Positions 1 through 7,238 are shown, counted from the stretch's first letter. The stretch: DNA of 10,646 nt from Verrucomicrobia bacterium UBA3869 (GCA_002392285.1 DGGR01000046.1:15920-26565), one strand, 5' to 3'. Notes: generated by a model from the sequence alone, not told the origin. Numbers and translations are program-made.

Positions 1-558
1 CGAGAAGCACCTGTATCCCGAGAAGAGCATCGTCATCCGATAGAGGATAAGCGTTCTCGTTCGTTAGGAGCAAATCAGACGCATGCGCCTGTAGTGCCGC
101 TAGAAGTAGTTACGCCGGTGCATGAGCTGAATGCTACGCCGGTACAAACAAACGAAGTTACAGCATCTCAGCCAATAGAGACGCATGTTCACGAGGTGAT
201 GCGGTACATTAAGGAGCAGGTTATTAGCAGGGTTTTGGTTGCCTCGAGCTCGTTGGAGCAAAACCGTAGTGTTATCTTAACGCTGTCCCCTAATCTTTTG
301 GCGGATACCAACGTACAGTTTTCAAAAAGCGGAAGTTCGTTGCATATTCAATTTACTTCGCAAGCCCAGAGCAGTTTGAGTTTTTTAACGGAAAATCAGG
401 TTAATTTGCAGGGGTATTTACAGACTGAATTGAAACCCTATAAGTACGAACGCGTATCGGTTCAGGTATTCGATGGTCGTTCATCAGATGCTTCGATGTC
501 TAAGGATAGCCGTTCCCGAGGGTATTTTGCCTATGATGCGCAAGAGGATACCAAATGA
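1..558 (+). CDS. sctP: T3SS needle-length / substrate-specificity-switch protein (SctP/FliK-like C-terminal T3S4 domain), 5'-truncated by the window edge
   Basis: Frame 1 has no stop from nt 1 up to the GTG at 94 that the ORF track used as a start, so the CDS is cut by the left edge. The C-terminal ~90 aa (NRSVILTLSPNLLADTNVQFSKSGSSLHIQFTSQAQSSLSFLTENQVNLQGYLQ...VSVQV) show the alternating hydrophobic pattern of the FliK/SctP C-terminal domain. The gene lies directly upstream of sctQ with an ATGA stop/start overlap (555-558), matching the canonical sctP-Q-R order. Confidence 0.5.
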   Translation, partial: REAPVSREEHRHPIEDKRSRSLGANQTHAPVVPLEVVTPVHELNATPVQTNEVTASQPIETHVHEVMRYIKEQVISRVLVASSSLEQNRSVILTLSPNLLADTNVQFSKSGSSLHIQFTSQAQSSLSFLTENQVNLQGYLQTELKPYKYERVSVQVFDGRSSDASMSKDSRSRGYFAYDAQEDTK

Positions 559-1589
559 GTGGATTAAAGCCAGCTGTTACCTTATCGCAAGCTTATGGGG
601 ATTTGACGCGAGCTTGGTGCGGGGAATTGCCTTTTCAGTTTAGAGAGCAGGAACATACCTTGCAATTGAAGGATCAGCGGATCTGGAATGAATCCATTGC
701 TTTTCAGTATGGTTGGCAGGATAAAGTGGTCTGTCTATTGGGTAGTCTTAATGGGCTCTGTACTTGTTTAGACCCTAATTTAAAGGGAGTTGATCCCAAA
801 GCTTATGGAAGTGAGATTTATGACCTGCTGTTGAAAGCTATGCAGGAAGAACTGGGCGAGATTTTCTTACAGTTTGAAGAACGTTTAGAGCCCCAAGAGG
901 TTCATTATACCACTGCTCCTATCAACGCAATCTGTTTTACGTTGAACAACGCAGGTAAACCTATTTATCAGTTGGGAATCAATGGTCAAGATGCTGTAAG
1001 TTGCCAATTGATGCGTGCGATTGCTGACAAAACCAAACCGTCTGAATTGAAATTTCGGCAGCTAAAGTTCCCTTTTCGTCAAATTAATGGCCAAGCGCAG
1101 TTATCCTGGGAGGAATTAAGGTCCTTACGGGTCGGGGATGTGATTTTATCCCAAACATCGCCAGCGGTTATTAAATTTTATTGGCAGAAAATCCTTTTTT
1201 GGGGAGAGCTGAAAGAAACAACATTTTGCATCAAGGGGTTATTTATGGAAGAAAACAACAATGATTTGCCAGTAGGTATTATTTCCGAAGATGAGGCGGA
1301 TGCTTCGGATGAGACAACTAATGCTGAGCCGATATCGGACGAGCAATTATCGGATACCAGTGCATTCCCTGTGGATCAATTGCCTGTTACCATTTCGTTT
1401 GATGTTGGGCAGAAACAATTGACCTTTGACCAACTGCAGCAGTTGCATGAAGGCTATACGTTCGAGTTGGATAAAAAAGTAGATGCATCGGTATCCGTTT
1501 TGGCGAATGGTCAATGCATTGGGCAAGGCGAATGGGTTCAGGTAAACGATAAATTGGGCGTTCGCATGACTCACTTGTATACGAAATAA
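555..1589 (+). CDS. sctQ: T3SS cytoplasmic sorting-platform / C-ring protein SctQ (YscQ/CdsQ/FliN family)
   Basis: This is a 344-aa ORF. Its C-terminal SpoA (FliN-like) domain is LPVTISFDVGQKQLTFDQLQQLHEGYTFELDKKVDASVSVLANGQCIGQGEWVQVNDKLGVRM. A second SpoA-like segment lies upstream (LKFPFRQINGQAQLSWEELRSLRVGDVILSQ...). The gene is flanked by the sctP-like gene and sctR. Confidence 0.88.
   Translation: MSGLKPAVTLSQAYGDLTRAWCGELPFQFREQEHTLQLKDQRIWNESIAFQYGWQDKVVCLLGSLNGLCTCLDPNLKGVDPKAYGSEIYDLLLKAMQEELGEIFLQFEERLEPQEVHYTTAPINAICFTLNNAGKPIYQLGINGQDAVSCQLMRAIADKTKPSELKFRQLKFPFRQINGQAQLSWEELRSLRVGDVILSQTSPAVIKFYWQKILFWGELKETTFCIKGLFMEENNNDLPVGIISEDEADASDETTNAEPISDEQLSDTSAFPVDQLPVTISFDVGQKQLTFDQLQQLHEGYTFELDKKVDASVSVLANGQCIGQGEWVQVNDKLGVRMTHLYTK
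1233..1247 (+). promoter_or_regulatory. Candidate internal ribosome-binding site (AAGGGG, 1233-1238) plus in-frame ATG (1245-1247) inside sctQ, which would give a C-terminal SctQ-C product (aa 231-344)
   Basis: AAGGGG lies 6 nt upstream of the in-frame ATG at codon 231. That ATG falls just after the first SpoA-like segment and before the acidic linker and C-terminal SpoA domain. Internal initiation producing SctQ-C is established for Yersinia YscQ and Salmonella SpaO. Confidence 0.35.
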
Positions 1590-1592
1590 GTC

Positions 1593-2378
1593 ATGTCTAC
1601 TACGCCATTCTACGACCCGATTACCCTGATCCTATGCATGCTTGCATTGGCTCTGTTGCCATTTGCAATCATGATGATGACTTCGTTCATCAAATTGGTA
1701 GTCGTTATGAATTTGTTGCGCCAAGCCATGGGGTTGCAACAGGTTCCGCCTAACATGGTGATTAATGGATTAGCGGTTGTATTAACGTTATATATTATGG
1801 CTCCAACCTTGCAGGATAGCACAAGGAGAATCAGCGAGTCTTATTCAACCTTGCAATCCCTGAAAGAGGACCCAGACCATTTTAGATTACCAACGCATAT
1901 GGAACCGTTGAAGGCAGCCGGTCAGAATGATGTACGTTGGTTAAGCAGCATCCTTACCTCGACTCAAGCTGGTCAGACCGTGAGCCATGCAGAGGAATTA
2001 ATCGCGATTGCTGGCTATGCCAAGCAGCCTATTGTTCATTTCCTTCATAAGCATACGCCTGAAAAATACCGCACCTTTTTCATCCGTATTGCGAAACGTT
2101 TATGGCCGCAGGCTTACGTTAAAAATATTCGCGAAAGCGATTTGTTGATTTGTGTCCCTGCATTCGTTTTGTCCGAACTCACATCGGCATTTGAAATCGG
2201 GTTTATTATCTACCTTCCCTTTATTGTTATCGATTTGATTGTATCCAATATCTTATTGGCGTTGGGTATGATGATGGTATCCCCCATGACCATTTCGCTC
2301 CCGTTCAAATTGATGCTGTTTGTTTTGGTAAACGGTTGGGATAAGCTCATTGAAGCCCTTGCGTTAACTTATCGATAG
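1593..2378 (+). CDS. sctR: T3SS export-gate protein SctR (YscR/CdsR/FliP family)
   Basis: This is a 261-aa ORF. It contains blocks nearly identical to YscR: TSFIKLVVVMNLLRQAMGLQQVPPNMV and VPAFVLSELTSAFEIGFIIYLPFIVIDLIVSNILLALGMMMVSPMTISLPFKLMLFVLVNGW. The start lies 3 nt after the sctQ stop. Confidence 0.95.
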   Translation: MSTTPFYDPITLILCMLALALLPFAIMMMTSFIKLVVVMNLLRQAMGLQQVPPNMVINGLAVVLTLYIMAPTLQDSTRRISESYSTLQSLKEDPDHFRLPTHMEPLKAAGQNDVRWLSSILTSTQAGQTVSHAEELIAIAGYAKQPIVHFLHKHTPEKYRTFFIRIAKRLWPQAYVKNIRESDLLICVPAFVLSELTSAFEIGFIIYLPFIVIDLIVSNILLALGMMMVSPMTISLPFKLMLFVLVNGWDKLIEALALTYR

Positions 2379-2404
2379 ATACCTAGCACCCTTTTAAATG
2401 TATC

Positions 2405-2433
2405 TTGACACCCTAGGCATGCAATGATGTCAT
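2405..2433 (+). promoter_or_regulatory. Putative sigma70/sigma66-type promoter for the lipoprotein gene (possibly also the downstream genes)
   Basis: A perfect -35 hexamer TTGACA (2405-2410) is followed by a 17-nt spacer and then TGTCAT (2428-2433, 4/6 match to TATAAT). It sits in the only sizeable intergenic gap (2379-2453). An AAGG Shine-Dalgarno-like motif lies at 2442-2445 ahead of the ATG at 2454. Confidence 0.3.
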
Positions 2434-2453
2434 AAGGGCCAAAGGTATATACT

Positions 2454-2741
2454 ATGAAAGGGAAACGTTTTTTGTTCGCAAGTTTGACTGCTATGCTGGC
2501 CTCGAGTGCCTGTTTCGGAGGCTTTGTAATTACAGATGGTGTCGATGACCCAGAGACCGGTTTAAAGACGGTTGCAGTGGTTAATGACTCTGATGCTAAA
2601 GCGTACATTATTCGTTGGGATGCACAACATAAGGAATTTTATTACCAAAAAGTAAAGAGCAATAAGACTAAAAATAAAGAGGGCGAAGCTGAAAAAGCAG
2701 ATAAAAAGTCTAGAAAAGAGCATAAAAGCGACGGTAAGTAG
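2454..2741 (+). CDS. Small secreted protein, probable lipoprotein, with a Lys/Glu-rich C-terminal tail (function unknown)
   Basis: The protein is 95 aa. It has a positively charged N-terminus (MKGKR), a hydrophobic core and the sequence LASSAC with Cys20, which fits the permissive lipobox pattern ([LIVMFWSTAG]2-[LIVMFYSTAGCQ]-[AGS]-C). The mature part is short, and the tail is KSNKTKNKEGEAEKADKKSRKEHKSDGK. A promoter-like element and an SD-like motif lie upstream. Confidence 0.55.
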   Translation: MKGKRFLFASLTAMLASSACFGGFVITDGVDDPETGLKTVAVVNDSDAKAYIIRWDAQHKEFYYQKVKSNKTKNKEGEAEKADKKSRKEHKSDGK

Positions 2742-2770
2742 GCTTTATACCGCTCGGCGTTGCAAGTAGT

Positions 2771-3223
2771 ATGCTCGCGTTGGCAGAAAAATTGGGTAAA
2801 TGGTTTGAGAAATCAAACCTAGGCCTTTTATTATTCCGTATATTTTTTAGCGGCTTTTTATTCACCTATGGGGTGCAAAGCTTCCGCAGTACGTCGTTGC
2901 TAAAACAATTAGGACAGCCGGCTATAGCGTTTAATCTTCCGTTTTCTCCCACATTTTGGGGAATTATAGTGGCTTTTACGCTTATTTGGACGGGTATTTT
3001 TATCTTGTTGGGGTTTTATTTTCGTTTCGCCCTGTTAGTCTTGGCTATTTTAAGCTATAGCGCAACGCGTGAGCATCTATCATGGAGCGTATTTGTTCAG
3101 CCATATTCTCCTGCGGTTTTATTGCTGATGATTAGTAGCGTATTTTTATTTATCGGTCCGGGTAGCTTTTCCGTTAAAGGAAAATCCAGCGGATCTAGTA
3201 AGGTTTCTAGTAAAGAAAAATGA
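2771..3223 (+). CDS. DoxX-like small integral membrane protein (about 4 TM segments)
   Basis: The protein is 150 aa with four hydrophobic segments. The N-terminal LLLFRIFFSGFLFTYGVQSF and C-terminal FIGPGSFSV resemble the DoxX family pattern (LLR..lG..f..hG..K ... G.G..S.D). Its stop overlaps the tig start (ATGA at 3220-3223). Confidence 0.55.
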   Translation: MLALAEKLGKWFEKSNLGLLLFRIFFSGFLFTYGVQSFRSTSLLKQLGQPAIAFNLPFSPTFWGIIVAFTLIWTGIFILLGFYFRFALLVLAILSYSATREHLSWSVFVQPYSPAVLLLMISSVFLFIGPGSFSVKGKSSGSSKVSSKEK

Positions 3224-4548
3224 GTACCGAAAACAATTCAATAGCGGTTCAAGTAGAAACAGTGGATTCGGTTTCTAAAAAAGTTACAGCTGTTTTTGAA
3301 GCATCAGCTTACCAGAATGCAGAAGCGATGGTGTTAAAAGCAGCGCAATCAAAGGCAGTTTTACCCGGTTTCCGTAAAGGGAAAGTTCCTACAGAACTTT
3401 TAAAGCAACGTTATGGGCAGGCCATGGAATCAGAATTAAAGGAGCAGCTGGTTAAACAGGCGTTAGATTATGCTGTCCAAAAGGAGAAGTTGTCGATTGC
3501 CGCTATTACCGATGTCGATTATTCCGACTTATCCACCAAGCACGCAGTAAGCATTACTGTTGAAATAAAGCCCGAAGTTAGTTTGCCCGATTTCAAAAAT
3601 TTTCAATTAGAGAAAGCGGATGTTGCCGTAAAAGATACAGAAGTAACTGAGTTTATTACGCGTTTACGTAAGCAATACGCAACCTACCATACCGTTGATC
3701 GTGCGATTCAAAAGAACGATTATGTGAAGCTGTCGTATGAAGGCTTTGTTGGTGAAAAACCGGTAGGGGACTTCGGCGATGTATCCCCTGTGTGGTCTAA
3801 GCAAAAGAGCATTTGGCAAGAAGCAGGGGTGGTAGAAACGTATGAAATTCCTGAAATTGCCAATGGGGTTATTGGTATGAAAGCAGGGGAGACGAAGAGC
3901 ATTTCGGTAACCTTCCCTAAGGATTTTGAGCTGGCTGAGTTGCAAGAGAAGGAAGGGGTCTATCAGGTGACGATTGAAGAGGTGCGCGAGGTAGTCTTGC
4001 CGGAGATGGATGAAAAGTTCTTTGAAAAGATGAAGGTTAAGGATCTGGACGCATTAAAATCAGCAGCTGAACAAACCCTGCAGCAGCGAAAGCAAGCTGA
4101 GTATGCGGCTCATCAAAAGCAGCGTATTGCAGAATATTTAGTACAATCGATTCAGTGTGATTTGCCTCATTCTTGGGTTAAGAGCCAGACCGATAAGATT
4201 TTGCAGGAAATGGTAGATGTGTTTGCATCGCACGGCGTTAAAGAACAGGAGATGGAAGAGCAGAAGGCCTTGTTGTATGAGAAAGCCAAAGAAGGAGCTG
4301 TTAGCCGCATTAAGCTAGATTTATGCTTCGAAAAGCTATCGCGCGATGAACACTTGGTGTTAGAAGAGCAAGATTTAACGCCTATTGTTATGCAGGAAGC
4401 GCGGCGCTTGCATATTTCTCCCCAAAAACTGGTTCAGCAAGCAAATAAGGATAATCGTTTGCGCGTGGATATCCAAGGGAAAGCGTTTCAGGCGAAATTA
4501 ATCAATTGGCTGTTTAATAAGCTTTCGAAAGAGCAAAAAGCTGCGTAA
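3220..4548 (+). CDS. tig: Trigger factor (ribosome-associated chaperone / PPIase)
   Basis: The protein is 442 aa. It carries the ribosome-binding signature LPGFRKGKVP at aa 48-57, and its length and domain order match Tig. The conserved tig-clpP-clpX gene order is present. Confidence 0.93.
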   Translation: MSTENNSIAVQVETVDSVSKKVTAVFEASAYQNAEAMVLKAAQSKAVLPGFRKGKVPTELLKQRYGQAMESELKEQLVKQALDYAVQKEKLSIAAITDVDYSDLSTKHAVSITVEIKPEVSLPDFKNFQLEKADVAVKDTEVTEFITRLRKQYATYHTVDRAIQKNDYVKLSYEGFVGEKPVGDFGDVSPVWSKQKSIWQEAGVVETYEIPEIANGVIGMKAGETKSISVTFPKDFELAELQEKEGVYQVTIEEVREVVLPEMDEKFFEKMKVKDLDALKSAAEQTLQQRKQAEYAAHQKQRIAEYLVQSIQCDLPHSWVKSQTDKILQEMVDVFASHGVKEQEMEEQKALLYEKAKEGAVSRIKLDLCFEKLSRDEHLVLEEQDLTPIVMQEARRLHISPQKLVQQANKDNRLRVDIQGKAFQAKLINWLFNKLSKEQKAA

Positions 4549-4554
4549 AGGTTT

Positions 4555-5160
4555 ATGAGTTATCTTCCTCTTCCTTATGTTTACGAACGCGATGGACGCG
4601 GTGAAAAAGCATGGGATATCTATAGCCGTTTATTGAAGGATCGCATCGTTTTCTTGGGGACCCCAATCGATGATTATGTAGCCAATGCGATCATTGCTCA
4701 ACTGTTGTTCTTACAAATGGAGGATCCGAAGAAGGATATCCATGTGTATATCAATTGCCCAGGGGGTAGCGTAACGGCCGGCATGGCGATTTACGATACG
4801 ATGAATTTCCTTAAGTGTGATATCGTAACCTATTGTATTGGTCAGGCTGCCAGTATGGCGACCGTATTGTTAGCTGCAGGGACTCGTGGTAAACGGTATG
4901 CATTGCCTCATAGCCGCGTGATGATTCATCAACCCTCAGGAGGGGTCAGCGGACAAGCTTCCGATATTTCAATTGCCGCTAAAGAAATTTTACGGTGGCG
5001 TTCGATTATCAATAAGATTTTGTCGCAGCACAGTTCCCAATCGGTTGAGCAAATCGAAAAGGATTCCGACCGTGACTTTTTCTTAACCGCCGAAGAAGCC
5101 AAAACGTATGGTTTAATTGACCGCGTTATTGTTAATAATCCGCAAAAATCAGATCGTTAA
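4555..5160 (+). CDS. clpP: ATP-dependent Clp protease proteolytic subunit ClpP (the clpX-linked paralog, ClpP2-like in Chlamydiae)
   Basis: The protein is 201 aa. The [15 protein letters not shown] motif is present, and the catalytic triad contexts are GQAASMA (Ser), MIHQP (His) and DRDFF (Asp). Confidence 0.97.
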   Translation: MSYLPLPYVYERDGRGEKAWDIYSRLLKDRIVFLGTPIDDYVANAIIAQLLFLQMEDPKKDIHVYINCPGGSVTAGMAIYDTMNFLKCDIVTYCIGQAASMATVLLAAGTRGKRYALPHSRVMIHQPSGGVSGQASDISIAAKEILRWRSIINKILSQHSSQSVEQIEKDSDRDFFLTAEEAKTYGLIDRVIVNNPQKSDR

Positions 5161-6461
5161 TGGCTAAAGATGCAGTATTTTGTTCGTTTTGCGGACGGCA
5201 TGCTAGTCAAGTAAAGAAGTTGATTTCGTCTCCTGGTGGCGATGCAGGAATCTGCGTCGATTGTTTAAAAATCTGCCAGGGTATGATTCAACCTCCTAAT
5301 GCGGGGATTCATTCGGTCAGCAGTGAGGTAGCACCTAAAGAGACGAAGGAACAACCGAAGCTAAAAATCTTATCGCCGCAAAGTATTAACTCGGTGTTGG
5401 ATGCGTATATTATTGGTCAAGAACAGGCTAAAAAAACGCTGTCAGTTGCGGTTTATAACCACTACAAACGTTTGGTGTGTCAAAAGGGTATTGAGCATTT
5501 TGAATGCGAACCTGGGTTAAATTTAACCAGTCAATTGCCTGATGATTTATCTGAGGTAGAGATCGAAAAGAGCAATGTGTTGTTCATTGGGCCAACGGGG
5601 AGTGGGAAAACATTGCTGGCTCGTACCTTGGCGCGCGTATTGAATGTGCCATTTGCCATTGCAGATGCGACCACCCTGACAGAAGCGGGTTATGTCGGTG
5701 AGGATGTTGAAAACATTGTTTTACGTTTGTTACAGGCAGCGGATTATGATGTCGCTCGAGCGGAAACGGGTATTATCTATGTGGATGAAATCGATAAGAT
5801 TGGACGCAAAACCAGCAATGTTTCGATTACCCGCGATGTTTCCGGCGAAGGGGTTCAGCAAGCGTTGCTAAAAATTTTAGAAGGTACGGAATGCAATATC
5901 CCTCCCAAGGGTGGACGTAAGCATCCGGATCAAGAGTATATTCGCGTTAATACTTCCAATATCCTATTTATTTGCGGCGGAGCGTTTGTTGGTCTTGATA
6001 AGATTATGGCGGAACGCTTAGGGAGCAATATTGTTGGGTTCGAGCGCATAGCTCAAGGAGCGGATGAAGAGGCATCGTTTATTGAGCAAAATGTGCAAGC
6101 GGAAGACCTGATTCAATTTGGAATGATTCCCGAATTCGTCGGTCGATTACCGATTATATCCGTGTTACGCGAATTAACTCGCGAAGATTTGATCTATATT
6201 ATGACCCGTACAAAAAATGCCCTGTTGTTGCAATATCAGAAGTTGTTTGCGATGGAAGGGGTGCGTTTATCGATGGATCCAGAAGCGATTGTGGCGGTCG
6301 TCGATCAAGCGCTTGAGTTAAAAACCGGTGCGCGCGCTTTGCGTTCTATTTTGGAACGGTTGATGAATGATGCTTTTTTTGCTGTTTCAAAAGATAAAGG
6401 CATTCATGACATCCAAATTACTAAAGAGATGGTGTTGGGTAAACAGTCGTTACTGAAGTAA
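5160..6461 (+). CDS. clpX: ATP-dependent Clp protease ATP-binding subunit ClpX
   Basis: The protein is 433 aa. It has an N-terminal C4 zinc finger (CSFCG...CVDC), Walker A GPTGSGKT, Walker B IIYVDEIDK, the pore-1 loop GYVG, the RKH loop GGRKHP, a ClpP-docking VGF loop and the sensor region TGARALRS. The start overlaps the clpP stop (TAATG). Confidence 0.97.
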   Translation: MAKDAVFCSFCGRHASQVKKLISSPGGDAGICVDCLKICQGMIQPPNAGIHSVSSEVAPKETKEQPKLKILSPQSINSVLDAYIIGQEQAKKTLSVAVYNHYKRLVCQKGIEHFECEPGLNLTSQLPDDLSEVEIEKSNVLFIGPTGSGKTLLARTLARVLNVPFAIADATTLTEAGYVGEDVENIVLRLLQAADYDVARAETGIIYVDEIDKIGRKTSNVSITRDVSGEGVQQALLKILEGTECNIPPKGGRKHPDQEYIRVNTSNILFICGGAFVGLDKIMAERLGSNIVGFERIAQGADEEASFIEQNVQAEDLIQFGMIPEFVGRLPIISVLRELTREDLIYIMTRTKNALLLQYQKLFAMEGVRLSMDPEAIVAVVDQALELKTGARALRSILERLMNDAFFAVSKDKGIHDIQITKEMVLGKQSLLK

Positions 6462-7198
6462 TGCAAGCTACCCAGATCCCTTGGGTTTATTGCCCAACCA
6501 TTCCTGCTGATGCTTCCTGTGTTGCGTTAAGCGAGCATGAAGCTCATCATGTGTTGCATGTGCTGCGGTGCCGTCCGGGGGCGACTGTGGCGGTTTTTAA
6601 TGGAGATGGAGCGCTTCGTATAGGTCAGCTGCAGCCCAACAGGAAAGAATGCGCAGTAACGTTTACTGAAGTTTTACAAACGGCTACTCGTTGGGGCAGC
6701 GAATGGCAATTGGTTCTGGCTTTGCCCAATCAAAGTTCTACTTTTGACGCTATTTTACCCAAGGCGAGTGAATTGGGGATAGCGCGTATTCAACCGGTGT
6801 ATGCGGAACGAACGGAGCGTGGGCATTGGGAACCTATTTGGGCGAAACGGTTAGAGCGCTGGCAACGGATTTTGATTGAAGCGTGCAAGCAGGCAAAAAA
6901 TCCTTATGTACCGAAACTGTTGGCCCCTATTGCCTTTAATCAATTGCCTACAAAATCCTTAGGGGGTTGCTTCCATGGATCGTTTAATGCCTCTGAATCC
7001 GCTATCCAATTGACTCAAAAGCCATCGCTTTATTCGGTGGTTGTGGGGCCTGAAGGGGGATTTACTGCGGCTGAAGAGGCGTTTTTGGCGACCTTTTCGA
7101 CTCCTGTATGCTTACCGACCTACGTGTTGCGTATGGAAACAGCGGTGGTTGGTTTGGTAGCGGCTTTAAAAATGCAGGTTGGGTATCCTTATCGTTGA
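6461..7198 (+). CDS. rsmE: 16S rRNA (uracil1498-N3)-methyltransferase RsmE
   Basis: The protein is 245 aa. It aligns by eye with E. coli RsmE along its whole length, including VVGPEGGFTAAEE and the C-terminal LRMETA motif (SPOUT knot). The start overlaps the clpX stop (TAATG). Confidence 0.85.
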   Translation: MQATQIPWVYCPTIPADASCVALSEHEAHHVLHVLRCRPGATVAVFNGDGALRIGQLQPNRKECAVTFTEVLQTATRWGSEWQLVLALPNQSSTFDAILPKASELGIARIQPVYAERTERGHWEPIWAKRLERWQRILIEACKQAKNPYVPKLLAPIAFNQLPTKSLGGCFHGSFNASESAIQLTQKPSLYSVVVGPEGGFTAAEEAFLATFSTPVCLPTYVLRMETAVVGLVAALKMQVGYPYR

Positions 7199-7238
7199 CC
7201 TTTGGGTCAGAAAACGCTTCACTTAAAACAATTTAAGT

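Noticed and set aside
94-96. GTG at 94 offered by the ORF track as the start of the first CDS
   Set aside because: The same frame is open all the way back to nt 1 (REAPVSREEHRHPIEDKRSRSLGANQTHAPVV...), and no SD-like motif precedes 94. The gene is more likely truncated by the window edge.
1347-1822. Antisense ORFs 1347-1574 (-) and 1610-1822 (-) inside sctQ and sctR
   Set aside because: They lie entirely within strongly supported + strand genes. Their translations have no recognisable motifs and an odd composition, which is typical of shadow ORFs.
2369-2608. A 79-aa ORF on the - strand that overlaps the intergenic spacer and the lipoprotein gene
   Set aside because: It is antisense to an ORF that has a clean signal peptide and lipobox and an upstream promoter and SD. 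It has no motifs or start context of its own.
2454-2741. Whether the 95-aa ORF right after sctR could be a divergent SctS (same size and expected position)
   Set aside because: SctS/FliQ proteins are two-TM hairpins with a conserved Q/E-rich loop. This ORF has a single N-terminal signal-type hydrophobic segment and a soluble, highly charged remainder.
2781-2796. A sigma54-like element, TGGCAG-N5-TTGGG
   Set aside because: The -12 element lacks the essential GC (TTGG instead of TTGC). The site also lies inside the first codons of the DoxX-like CDS.
3664-3945. Two antisense ORFs (3664-3945 and 3720-3902, - strand) inside tig
   Set aside because: They are shadow ORFs within a confidently identified trigger factor gene and have no motifs.
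7196-7238. A short hairpin TGACC-tttg-GGTCA (7196-7209) and a perfect 7-bp inverted repeat ACTTAAA-acaa-TTTAAGT (7221-7238) abutting the methyltransferase ATG
   Set aside because: The first stem is only 5 bp with no U-tract, so it is not a credible terminator. A perfect 7-bp inverted repeat with a 3-8 nt loop is expected a few times by chance in 10.6 kb (about 10646/4^7 per loop length), and this one is AT-rich and weak. An operator or translational role cannot be supported from sequence alone.
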